DNA from: a virus
Reading direction: 5' to 3' (one strand)
DNA length: 64,000 bases
Virus record (IMG/VR): IMGVR_UViG_3300021962_000036
Span: 1-64,000 of that record
Numbering within the stretch: position 1 is the first letter of the stretch; each line of letters begins with the position of its first letter. The notes beneath the pieces were generated by a model, which made no database searches, was not told where the DNA came from, and saw only the letters and a program-made list of their open reading frames with translations. Position numbers and translations under genes: made by a program. Positions 1 through 8,595 of the stretch are shown here, piece by piece.

Positions 1-106
1 CCATACGTTGGCATTCAAGTTCATAGTCACATGGATTTGTGTCATCGTCTGAAAATCCACTTAAAAAGTCTCCTACAGGATACTTGTACTTTGATTCTTT
101 TATCAT
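1..106 (-). CDS. hypothetical protein, 5' part only (runs off window start)
   Basis: ATG at 106 after an A-rich leader; open frame MIKESKYKYPVGDFLSGF... to the window edge. Confidence 0.5.
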   Translation of the reverse strand, partial: MIKESKYKYPVGDFLSGFSDDDTNPCDYELECQRM

Positions 107-125
107 TGTTCTTGTTGTTTAAAGG

Positions 126-365
126 TTAGTAGTAAATAAATCCTAATTGAAATTGAGCAAGTTTTGTGTCATCCTCATCACTAGATAAACCAAGCGAGAT
201 ACTTTGACCACTACATGTACATGTAGGATTGCCTTCTTTATTTAATCCAAAGTGAATAAAACCTGCACTAATTGGATTCATGTGTTTAAAATCACTGTGT
301 AACATGATTTCACCAAAAACAATAATTTCTTTGTCTTTAGTCTTAATGTACTTTGCTTTTGCCAT
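126..365 (-). CDS. hypothetical protein
   Basis: Track ORF 126..416 trimmed to ATG at 365 (MAKAKYIK), which has an A-rich leader; the extension overlaps a tRNA-like RNA. Confidence 0.7.
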   Translation of the reverse strand: MAKAKYIKTKDKEIIVFGEIMLHSDFKHMNPISAGFIHFGLNKEGNPTCTCSGQSISLGLSSDEDDTKLAQFQLGFIYY

Positions 366-385
366 TTGTTTGTTTTTAAAATTAG

Positions 386-526
386 AAGTCAGGACAGGAT
401 TCGAACCTGTACGCACACATTAAGGTGGTGCTTTGATATGTTTTCTAGTGTCCACTACATGTTCCCTTAACTTTGTAGCAACTGCTGTCATCTCACATAG
501 CGTCTAACCAATTCCGCCACCTGACT
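386..526 (-). ncRNA. tRNA-like RNA (class II, Leu-type arms) with a greatly expanded anticodon arm
   Basis: Acceptor AGTCAGG/CCTGACT, D arm TGGCGGAATTGGTTAGACGC, T arm ACAGG-TTCGAAT-CCTGT; 141 nt, no clear 7-nt anticodon loop. Confidence 0.75.
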
Positions 527-531
527 GTGTT

Positions 532-602
532 GCTTGTCTTTCCAAGCTGTCACGATTTTGCTAGTGTCAGACAATTGTTTTGCCTCTCATTACCTCACTA
601 GT
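532..602 (-). ncRNA. small structured RNA motif immediately 5' of the tRNA-like RNA
   Basis: Hairpin CTAGTG/CACTAG plus AGGTAAT/ATTGTCT, followed by GTGACA-GCTTG-GAAAGA-CAAGC. Confidence 0.4.
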
Positions 603-846
603 TTTGGGGAGCGTCTACCTGATTACCCGCATCCATTCCTCCTTGCAGGGGAAAATTTCTTTGTTTCATCTCTTCATCTAGAGATTGATCTGGACTATAG
701 ATTTTGTTACAGTTGCCACAAATGTGAAACTCTCCATCATCTGTCCATTTATTGACAAATTCACCTTCTTTTATGTGAGGTGAGCATGTTTTACAATTAC
801 ATGCGTTTGCTGTACCACAATGTGGACAATGAAAGGCTCCCATCAT
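598..846 (-). CDS. small Cys-rich, putative Zn-binding protein
   Basis: CPHC, CNCKTC and CGNC motifs; coupled to the upstream ORF. Confidence 0.7.
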   Translation of the reverse strand: MMGAFHCPHCGTANACNCKTCSPHIKEGEFVNKWTDDGEFHICGNCNKIYSPDQSLDEEMKQRNFPLQGGMDAGNQVDAPQN

Positions 847-1025
847 ATTAGTGTAGTTTTATTGTACTTTAACAAAAGAATTTTTTGAGATCTACCAAAC
901 TGAACTTTAATGGCTTCTCCAGGAATAACATTAATTACTTGCCCTGTACCAAACTTTGTGTGTTTTACAATTTGACCAATTGTATACTCACTTTCAATGG
1001 GTTCTTCTTTTTTAGCCTTTGCCAT
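843..1025 (-). CDS. stand-alone Tudor/SH3-like protein resembling the PcrA/UvrD C-terminal domain
   Basis: GQIVKHTKFGTGQVINV...IKVQFG..QKILLLKY matches the pattern GxxVxHxxFGxGxV...F...KxL. Confidence 0.6.
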   Translation of the reverse strand: MAKAKKEEPIESEYTIGQIVKHTKFGTGQVINVIPGEAIKVQFGRSQKILLLKYNKTTLI

Positions 1026-1031
1026 GATTTG

Positions 1032-1517
1032 TTATTTTTTAGGTATCTTGATATTTAATTCTTCATGAGTTACTGGTTTGTAATCAGTGTTCTCACAAGA
1101 CACGCAATAATATTTTGGTTCATTAATGATATTTTCATGGACATGCCCATGTATGTTTCCATAAACTCTTTCAAGTTCAAAAGGATGTACTGGACAGTGT
1201 GTTAACCAAAAACCTTTGTGTTTAATCATTCCTGATACACTGTGAACATGTTTCAATAGCTCTGCTACATCTTGGTGTCTATCATGATTACCCAGAACCA
1301 CATGCTTCACGCCATTAAGACGTGAGAGCAAGTGATAAGGGCTTTTCTTTTCCATGGATACATCTCCAAGAATATAAGTAACATCACGTTTTGAAACAGT
1401 ATTATTCCAACGTTGGATTATGAATTCATCATGCTCTTCAGCACATGAAAATCCACGTTTAATGGCCATATTTGTATGACCAAAGTGAAGATCTGCAATA
1501 AAACGAATTGTGCTCAT
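1032..1517 (-). CDS. calcineurin-like metallophosphoesterase
   Basis: Motifs DLHFGH, LGD, GNHD, THCP, HGHVH. Confidence 0.9.
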   Translation of the reverse strand: MSTIRFIADLHFGHTNMAIKRGFSCAEEHDEFIIQRWNNTVSKRDVTYILGDVSMEKKSPYHLLSRLNGVKHVVLGNHDRHQDVAELLKHVHSVSGMIKHKGFWLTHCPVHPFELERVYGNIHGHVHENIINEPKYYCVSCENTDYKPVTHEELNIKIPKK

Positions 1518-1520
1518 ACT

Positions 1521-3404
1521 TTAGATTGTTATTTTCTCTTTGATAAGTTTGTCAACTTTCTTAGACATGTAATTTACTAAATCTTTTGGAAGATTTTTGA
1601 TATCTGTCATCTGAATAAAGTAGTCAAACATTTCTTTAGAAGGAACATGTTCTTCAATAGCAATCTGAATAACTTGGAAACCTAGTAACTGAGCACGCGT
1701 AACTTTCTTACGTGTATCATCAATTGCACTACGTCCTCCATATCCAGATGCACTTGGAGCACCATCTGATAATACAATAAGTAAACCTTGATTTTCTGTT
1801 TGACCACGCATACGTCTAGCTGCAGCAAATATAGCATCACCGTCTCTATTGTTTGCATGTGCTTCAACAGAACCAAGAGAAAAAGAATCTGTTATATATC
1901 CTTTTTCACGATATACTGTCATGTCAACAGAATCTCTACCATTTGTATCAGCAGTGTGACCATAGATAAACAATTCTACATCAGGCATTTTCTTGAAAAC
2001 TTCATTAATAAAAATTGCAGCTTCTCTTGCTTTTTGAATTTTAGAACCTCCCATAGATCCAGACTCATCAATAAGAACACCAACGCAAACTTTGCTTGTT
2101 GTTACTTGACCAAATCTTTCATAAATAGTAGGAACTTGTTGAGCAGCTTCTGCAATCTTATTAGTATCCAAACGTCCTGAACGCATAGATTTCATGCTAA
2201 ACTCATAGTTTTTACTCTTGCGAGAAAACAACTTTTGTAACACAGCAGCTTTTGTTGTGTCAATTTTAGTTATAGCATCTCTATATTTATCTTTAGAACG
2301 TGTGTTTACTTCAGCTTTTTTCCAGTAAACATTTCCTTGAGAAGTTTCACCTTCATCATCCCAATTGAAATCTGACTTTGGTGGACTTGGAGCAGTTTCA
2401 GACATATCATCTACGAAATCTTCAAACTCACCACTAAAATCTTCACCACCAGGAGAGCCTTCTTCAGGATTAATCAATGCAGCCATCATTTCTTTGGCAA
2501 AGTCATTTAGTTCAGACTTATCCATTTCAGGTTTTGGCTTGCTTGGACTTGGCGTACCAGTTCCTTCAGAGTCATCTTCATCAGATTCATCTTCACCAGA
2601 TCCACCACCTCCAGGAGGTTCTTCTTCTTTTTCAGTATATTTGTATACAATGTTTGATAAACTTGTTGCCATACTAGCACAACTATCATAATCATTTGGT
2701 ATACCACCATGCTTCTTAAGAATACGTTCCATTGCTTTCAAAGGTTCAGCAAAATCTTCCATGTCTTCTTCAGAAATATTAGCTGGATAGCGTAACATTT
2801 TTACCACAAGATCAAGTAAACGTTTTTGCTTTGGTTCTTCTACACCAGGTCCTTCATAGTTTTCAAATCTATGTTCTTTGTATTTTTGTACAAACTTTAA
2901 ATAACCAGGAAGACGGTCTGCAAGTTTCTTGTCAATACGTTCTGTGTTTAATACACTTGTAATCAAGTCTTTAACACTAACTCCTTTTGAAGTGTCACGC
3001 AATAACATTGTCTTGTTATATTCTTGTGTTGTCTGCATTGTTGCAAGAGCAGCATTTTGAATAGCAGCGCCATAAAAAGCATCTAATAACTTTTCATCTC
3101 TGTCAAGGTACTTACCATCTTCATCTCTAAGCATGCTTAAAGGTACTTGAACTTTGGCATCTGTATAACCTCTTTTAGATGTTTGGATATCATTAGAATA
3201 CTTAAATGTTTTAGGTACACCAATAACTCTAAACATAGAGCCAATCATTTTAGAAGCTTCCTTCAGTGAGTTGTCATTTCTGATAAAGTATGAAGAGTAT
3301 GAACTCCTATCTTTATCCCAGTTGAAGAAACGCTTTGATTCATCATTGAATGTATACGCGTCTTCAGCTCTTCTGTTAAACCAGTCTTTTACTAATTTGC
3401 TCAT
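1521..3404 (-). CDS. vWA-domain protein (CobT-like MoxR partner)
   Basis: SGRLD, MIDAS motif IDESGSM, NRDG, VLSDGAP; acidic Gly-rich linker; adjacent to a MoxR ATPase. Confidence 0.88.
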   Translation of the reverse strand: MSKLVKDWFNRRAEDAYTFNDESKRFFNWDKDRSSYSSYFIRNDNSLKEASKMIGSMFRVIGVPKTFKYSNDIQTSKRGYTDAKVQVPLSMLRDEDGKYLDRDEKLLDAFYGAAIQNAALATMQTTQEYNKTMLLRDTSKGVSVKDLITSVLNTERIDKKLADRLPGYLKFVQKYKEHRFENYEGPGVEEPKQKRLLDLVVKMLRYPANISEEDMEDFAEPLKAMERILKKHGGIPNDYDSCASMATSLSNIVYKYTEKEEEPPGGGGSGEDESDEDDSEGTGTPSPSKPKPEMDKSELNDFAKEMMAALINPEEGSPGGEDFSGEFEDFVDDMSETAPSPPKSDFNWDDEGETSQGNVYWKKAEVNTRSKDKYRDAITKIDTTKAAVLQKLFSRKSKNYEFSMKSMRSGRLDTNKIAEAAQQVPTIYERFGQVTTSKVCVGVLIDESGSMGGSKIQKAREAAIFINEVFKKMPDVELFIYGHTADTNGRDSVDMTVYREKGYITDSFSLGSVEAHANNRDGDAIFAAARRMRGQTENQGLLIVLSDGAPSASGYGGRSAIDDTRKKVTRAQLLGFQVIQIAIEEHVPSKEMFDYFIQMTDIKNLPKDLVNYMSKKVDKLIKEKITI

Positions 3405-3416
3405 ATGAATGTATTT

Positions 3417-3446
3417 AAAAAAAGAGGGAGTATTTCATCCCTCTTT
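3417..3446 (-). terminator. intrinsic terminator between the ATPase and vWA genes
   Basis: Stem AAAGAGGGA/TCCCTCTTT with a U-run on the minus strand. Confidence 0.6.
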
Positions 3447-3461
3447 ATAATTTTGGTATGC

Positions 3462-4748
3462 TTAAAAAGCAGAAACAATAGAAAGTACTTTGCTACGCTC
3501 AGATACACCAATACCATCTTCAAACAAAGGCATGATTGTAGCAAGCAATGCTTTATCTACATCAAAACCATCTGCAATAAGACTTGCAGCTTGAAGTGTA
3601 TGACGAACAGAAACAGCTGTTGAAAGTTCTTGCTCTTTGTACTGCTTGCGTATCTCATTAGATACACGTACAATTGCAGTTGCAAACTTTTCATCAATTC
3701 CTGTACGTAACTTAAGAATGTTTACCTCATCTTTTTCAATTGGGTAATCAAGTTCTATAGGAAAAAATCTGTCCAACAATGCACGGTCAATTGAATGAGT
3801 ACCTGAATACTCAGAACCAAGGTTAGCAGTTGCAAAGAACACAGTGTTCTCATTAACAGCAATCCTACGATCACAATCTTCACATGCAATATCTACTGGT
3901 AAGTAACGTCTTTTATCCAAACATGGAAACAAGATATTATTTGCAGCAAGAGGTGAACGATTCAACTCATCTAACAACATAATACCACCAGCTTGAATGT
4001 TATTAACAAAAGGAGCAAACTCAAATGATGAGTGACCTTCATTGTTCAAACGGTGAACGCCAAGTAATGCTGATTGAGCATCTTGAACAGTACCCATGTC
4101 TTGGATGTACATGTTTCTTTCCATTGCAAGTGCAAGGTGAGATACAATTTCTGTTTTACCAGAACCTGTTGGCCCTATAAGCAAAGTGTTTTCCCCTCTC
4201 AATACATTTCTCACAAGCAAGAACCACATGTCTGGATCAATGTGGAAACCACAGTCATCAACAGAAGGTACAGGGTAATTTGCTGCAATAGTACGTTTAA
4301 GGTTTGTTCCTGAAGGAATTTCACCTGCAACAGTTGGTTTTGGAGCTATCATTGCGTCCCAGTCATATTCATAACCATAAGATGCAAATTGCTCTGCCAT
4401 TGCTTTTGCTTTTTCAATGCCATATAACTCACTGTCAATCATGTAATTAACAGTAAATTCAGCCATTTCTTGTAAACGAGCTTTTTCAAGATGTGCTAAT
4501 GGAAAAACTGTGCTATCATAAAACATAGCAACTACATTCTCTTTGCGAATGTGTAAATGGTCATCTTCTGGAAAATCATATCCATCTGTAATGAATATTG
4601 TTCCCAATGGATACTTTGCAAACTCAGCAATTGGAGATGTAATTTTCATGTCATCCATGTGACGTGTCAAAGTTTTCTCAAAAGATTGTTTAGGTAGAGT
4701 CTTAACTTGGTAGCTTGTGCCGCTGATAATTGATTGTAATAAAATCAT
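3462..4748 (-). CDS. MoxR/CobS-like AAA+ ATPase
   Basis: Walker A GPTGSGKT, Walker B LLDELNR, sensor ATAN, DRALLDRF, SVR. Confidence 0.92.
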   Translation of the reverse strand: MILLQSIISGTSYQVKTLPKQSFEKTLTRHMDDMKITSPIAEFAKYPLGTIFITDGYDFPEDDHLHIRKENVVAMFYDSTVFPLAHLEKARLQEMAEFTVNYMIDSELYGIEKAKAMAEQFASYGYEYDWDAMIAPKPTVAGEIPSGTNLKRTIAANYPVPSVDDCGFHIDPDMWFLLVRNVLRGENTLLIGPTGSGKTEIVSHLALAMERNMYIQDMGTVQDAQSALLGVHRLNNEGHSSFEFAPFVNNIQAGGIMLLDELNRSPLAANNILFPCLDKRRYLPVDIACEDCDRRIAVNENTVFFATANLGSEYSGTHSIDRALLDRFFPIELDYPIEKDEVNILKLRTGIDEKFATAIVRVSNEIRKQYKEQELSTAVSVRHTLQAASLIADGFDVDKALLATIMPLFEDGIGVSERSKVLSIVSAF

Positions 4749-4771
4749 TTCTTTTTAGTATTTATTGTGAG

Positions 4772-5347
4772 TTAGTAAATTTCAAAACCATTACAGTTTT
4801 CTAAGAAGAGAGCAAACTCTTCAATGTTGTCAATATTTGTTGCATGAGATGGAGTATAGAGTACACCATCTAGTTCAGCTTGTTCAAAGAAAATGCCTGG
4901 ATACTTTGCGTCTAATGCTTCTTTTAATGATAAGCTTTTTACAGAAGGCTCATTTGAGTCTTTGATATTCCACCAACCTGTATTTAAATAGACAATCTTA
5001 TTGTCATTTAATTTCATGTCAGCAGCAAAATCTCTAAAGCATTTAGCCAATTGTTCACAAAGACCTTTGTCTTTGACTCCTCCACCACCATTTTCACCTA
5101 ATTGCTTTAGGGTTTCTTCTGGTAAATGAAGTTCATAGGCACTGTTAAATACTGAAATCAACATTTGTAATGGACGCCAATGCCACCAGTTGTTTCTAAA
5201 GTAAAAACCTGGGTTTGATTGTTCCCATTCATCACGCATTTTCCAATAAGCTTGAACCTGATCTTCAGATAAATCTTGATAATTATCTGGTAATTCTGGT
5301 GCAGTTTCAGTCAACTTTGGACTGATTCCATAAATGTGTACTCCCAT
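4772..5347 (-). CDS. hypothetical protein
   Basis: 191-aa ORF in operon orientation; aromatic motif YFRNNWWHWRPL. Confidence 0.8.
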   Translation of the reverse strand: MGVHIYGISPKLTETAPELPDNYQDLSEDQVQAYWKMRDEWEQSNPGFYFRNNWWHWRPLQMLISVFNSAYELHLPEETLKQLGENGGGGVKDKGLCEQLAKCFRDFAADMKLNDNKIVYLNTGWWNIKDSNEPSVKSLSLKEALDAKYPGIFFEQAELDGVLYTPSHATNIDNIEEFALFLENCNGFEIY

Positions 5348-5389
5348 GATTGTAAAGTGTTAATTTTAAAGGCTTTTTTTGAGTAAAGG

Positions 5390-5490
5390 TATTCACTGGT
5401 GACACTTGATGGTATTCACCAGTGAATAGTAAGTAAAGAGAAGAATATAAAGAGAAAGCGAAGAAATTTCATGGGTGTCACCCATGACAC
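5390..5490. promoter_or_regulatory. three palindromic TCA-N4-TGA sites (operator or iteron candidates)
   Basis: TATTCA-CTGG-TGACAC (5390), TATTCA-CCAG-TGAATA (5413), GTGTCA-CCCA-TGACAC (5475). Confidence 0.55.
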
Positions 5491-5500
5491 TCGTCACTCT

Positions 5501-5944
5501 TTAAAATCCTCCTTTAAAGTCATTAATGTTGAAACCATCTGGATCTGAGCTGTCATCTTCATCATCTGATATTCCAAGTTCATTTTTAACTCTATTTTTA
5601 AGTTCCTCTAATTTAGAAACATCTCCGTTTTTTAAAGCTTCACGTGCGTCTTCTTCAAACTTTCTGATTTTCTCAACAATGTGACTTGGCATACCATTTA
5701 ATGCACGAGATGCATTTTCAACAGTTTCAAACTTCTCATGAATAGACTCACGAGCCTCTTCAAGTTTTCTAATTGCAAGATCTAACATTCCAAGTGTTTG
5801 GAAAGGTGTACCTTTTACTTTTACAGCACTTCCAACAGGAATGCCATTGTCATCAGCTTCAATGCATATTAATACATGGTCATTGAACTCTAATTCTTTG
5901 TTTTCAATTTCTTGAATTTGTGCTAAAAATGATTTTTTTGACAT
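5501..5944 (-). CDS. hypothetical protein, coiled coil with acidic tail
   Basis: 147-aa ORF with A-rich leader. Confidence 0.8.
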   Translation of the reverse strand: MSKKSFLAQIQEIENKELEFNDHVLICIEADDNGIPVGSAVKVKGTPFQTLGMLDLAIRKLEEARESIHEKFETVENASRALNGMPSHIVEKIRKFEEDAREALKNGDVSKLEELKNRVKNELGISDDEDDSSDPDGFNINDFKGGF

Positions 5945-5955
5945 GATTTTTGAAT

Positions 5956-6231
5956 TTAAGATTTTTTACTTTTATCCATCAAGTTGTAGGTGATGGTTTT
6001 CCTTTGAGATGGGTCATACAATCTTTGTATAACGCCTGTTTGAATTAATTCTTTAAGAAGTCTCTGTATAGTAGATTTACTTTTACCAGACATCTTACAT
6101 AAAGTTGAAATTGCAGGATAACAGTAATCTTTGTTACCACATAAAGAACAAACAATAGCGTAGAGCCCTTTTGCTTCTAAAGAAATTAACTCAGAATAGG
6201 ACACCACATTGTTTACTCTACCGTAGTTCAT
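5956..6231 (-). CDS. winged helix-turn-helix protein (replication-initiator N-terminal type)
   Basis: AKGLYAIVCSLCG...CYPAISTLCKMSGKSKSTIQRLLKELIQTGVI; start moved to ATG 6231. Confidence 0.8.
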   Translation of the reverse strand: MNYGRVNNVVSYSELISLEAKGLYAIVCSLCGNKDYCYPAISTLCKMSGKSKSTIQRLLKELIQTGVIQRLYDPSQRKTITYNLMDKSKKS

Positions 6232-6541
6232 TTGATAACTGTTTAAAAGTGTCATCACAGCTTTCTAACAGTTCAACAATTGGTCCTAGCTTAGCTACAA
6301 CAGATTTTGCCAGAATATAATATTCTGTGGCTTTAAACTTTGATATATGCTCATCAGAAACTTGCATAATTGCCACACCATCACCCATTGGAGTTTTAAC
6401 TGTCTTTGTGATTTGATTTTTACTTAGATTTTCATCAAGTTTGTCTACATACTTTTTAAAACGATAGTAAACAAGCATGATTTCAGAGTTAGAGAGTCCA
6501 CCATATTTGATGGACTCGTCTGTTTGAGTTGTTTTAGCCAT
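6218..6541 (-). CDS. hypothetical protein
   Basis: 107-aa ORF overlapping its neighbours in the operon. Confidence 0.75.
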   Translation of the reverse strand: MAKTTQTDESIKYGGLSNSEIMLVYYRFKKYVDKLDENLSKNQITKTVKTPMGDGVAIMQVSDEHISKFKATEYYILAKSVVAKLGPIVELLESCDDTFKQLSNELR

Positions 6542-7064
6542 TTAGAGAGACATTTTGGATTGTGATGTTAAAGAAGTTTTTAGGAAGTAACTTGCGTTTT
6601 ACAAACTCTTCAATTACTTCTTTTGTAGAGATGCCAAGACTTCTTAAAGTTACAGTCTTTGGTAATTCTAAAAACCAATCATGATCTTTTGAACCCAAGT
6701 TAAATGTTGGAAAAATAGCATTCATTAGCTTTGTTTCAGCATAATAATACTTTTTAGCCTTCATAATGTGTAAAGCTCTTTTAGCTTTTTTGTAGTCTTC
6801 AACAATCTTGCTGATTGCAGAAGGAGATAATGTGGCCATTTGCTCTGGCGTGTACTCTTTCAATCCATACATCAGACGTCTGAACATTTGGCGTTGTACC
6901 ATGTTCAAATGAATCTTTTCTAAATCTGTGCTAGTTTGCGCAATGTGCTTTGGCTTGTAGTCTGATTTTGATTGAAAATTTTGAGTATAACGCTCTAGTT
7001 GAGGTTTACCGTTTTTGTCATAGGTCAATAGACCTTGGGCTGTGGCTGTAATTTGATTCTTCAT
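6534..7064 (-). CDS. hypothetical basic protein
   Basis: 176-aa ORF with A-rich leader. Confidence 0.8.
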   Translation of the reverse strand: MKNQITATAQGLLTYDKNGKPQLERYTQNFQSKSDYKPKHIAQTSTDLEKIHLNMVQRQMFRRLMYGLKEYTPEQMATLSPSAISKIVEDYKKAKRALHIMKAKKYYYAETKLMNAIFPTFNLGSKDHDWFLELPKTVTLRSLGISTKEVIEEFVKRKLLPKNFFNITIQNVSLNG

Positions 7065-7124
7065 TTTTTGTCAATTTTAGAGTAAATAATGGATACCATC
7101 ACTAAATAGTGATATAATTGTCAT

Positions 7125-7155
7125 AAAAAAGGACCTGTATTTCTACAAGTCCTTT
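7125..7155 (-). terminator. intrinsic terminator
   Basis: AAAGGACTTGTA/TACAGGTCC stem followed by TTTTTT on the minus strand. Confidence 0.6.
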
Positions 7156-7158
7156 AAA

Positions 7159-7359
7159 TTAAAGTTTAATAAGTGGTTGATCTATATCTACAAATTGAGA
7201 TAGTAGTTGAACCATTAGAATAGGCATAACACAGAATGGTGATAAGATCAACATTAAGATATCTGCAACACTTAACATACGTGCTTCTGATAAGGTCATA
7301 ATGCTGAAAATTGTTCCTCCTATGTAGGATAATACTAGATAAATTTGCAATACTAACAT
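7159..7359 (-). CDS. small membrane protein
   Basis: Two hydrophobic segments; coupled to the upstream ORF and followed by a terminator. Confidence 0.6.
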   Translation of the reverse strand: MLVLQIYLVLSYIGGTIFSIMTLSEARMLSVADILMLILSPFCVMPILMVQLLSQFVDIDQPLIKL

Positions 7360-7532
7360 TGTTCTTTTTGATTTTGTTGTACAGATTCTTGTACATCTTC
7401 ATGTACAACAGGTTGACTATTCATTTCTTGTTCTTCAAGGTATCTTTGATACCAATAAGCATCATCAAGATGCTCATTTTCAATTGCTTCTTGCTCACGC
7501 TTGAGCATAAAGACTTCTTTCATTCTTCCCAT
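7353..7532 (-). CDS. small acidic protein, 59 aa (not in ORF track)
   Basis: Manual translation MGRMKEVFMLKREQEAIENEHLDDAYWYQRYLEEQE...; fills the operon gap. Confidence 0.65.
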   Translation of the reverse strand: MGRMKEVFMLKREQEAIENEHLDDAYWYQRYLEEQEMNSQPVVHEDVQESVQQNQKEQC

Positions 7533-7812
7533 GTGTATCTAATTTATTTAGTTTAATACATTTTTGTTCTGGGGTACAGGTGTTGATAAGAAAATATTCA
7601 TTTTCTGTGTCAAATAAGTACTGAGGATGAACAGAAGACATAGCTTCTTTCATCTCAAAGAATCTTTCTCTTTTGCAATTGCGAGATTGTTTGTTCAATA
7701 CAAGAATTTCATATCTTGTTTGTGGTGGATTATCAATTTCTTTAATAGATTTGATAAACTCTGACACACCATCTTTAAAAGTTCTGAGAGAGTTCTCTAA
7801 CTTTTGCGACAT
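7495..7812 (-). CDS. hypothetical protein
   Basis: Track ORF; probable start at ATG 7812 (MSQKLEN). Confidence 0.65.
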   Translation of the reverse strand: MSQKLENSLRTFKDGVSEFIKSIKEIDNPPQTRYEILVLNKQSRNCKRERFFEMKEAMSSVHPQYLFDTENEYFLINTCTPEQKCIKLNKLDTHGKNERSLYAQA

Positions 7813-8326
7813 AATTTGGAGCTTCTGCATAATTTTCTTTTAAGTATTGATAATAACCTTCTTCAGTTTTGATACTTGTTAAGAAGGCACATTGAAATAA
7901 AGCATAATCAACAACGCTTTCACGCCAGTGACCATACATAGCATGACCTAATTCACTTCCAAGATTTGTAGTTGCACGTACACGTGCCTGTTTCATACCA
8001 AATAAGTTATGGTTTGCAGTAAAAATCTTTGAATTAAAGTTACCTGTTTCAAGTACTGCTTGAGCGTATACTATATGAGGAAACTTAATGTTAAGTTGTA
8101 AGAGATACTCTTTTAACTTTTCTTTTGAGAACTTGTCATTCTCCTGAATAACAATCATACGTTCTTCTGGACTAACAACAGCATATTTATAATCATAATA
8201 ACCTTTGTAATGTCCAACGACATAAGAGGTTAATGATGCAAACACAATTGCAAGAATAACAAAAAGACTTGTTTTTAGAAACACGCCTTCATATTTCAGT
8301 GATGTTTTGTTGAATTTGTAAATCAT
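7775..8326 (-). CDS. glucosaminidase-family (GH73/FlgJ-like) peptidoglycan hydrolase with N-terminal membrane anchor
   Basis: AQAVLETG, HNLFGMK, YAEAPNY; hydrophobic N-terminal helix; start at ATG 8326. Confidence 0.8.
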   Translation of the reverse strand: MIYKFNKTSLKYEGVFLKTSLFVILAIVFASLTSYVVGHYKGYYDYKYAVVSPEERMIVIQENDKFSKEKLKEYLLQLNIKFPHIVYAQAVLETGNFNSKIFTANHNLFGMKQARVRATTNLGSELGHAMYGHWRESVVDYALFQCAFLTSIKTEEGYYQYLKENYAEAPNYVAKVRELSQNF

Positions 8327-8595
8327 TTTCTGAGAATTTATGTGAAACAATATGTAAAGTATAATTACAGGGACCTTCAAAATAACGGTTTATCTATCCT
8401 GTCAGAACCTGATTAGGGTTTGCTTTGTTCCCAAGAGAGCTTTTCATTATCTGAAACAAAGTCTTTTTGTAACCATATTGGCCTCACTCCTTGCTACTAA
8501 CCAGAGCAAATGTGTGTGAATTTAAAAGAAAGCAGCTCACTCTAATAAACTGCTTATGCTTACCAATAGGATTACTCCTTCAGCACAAAAATGCA

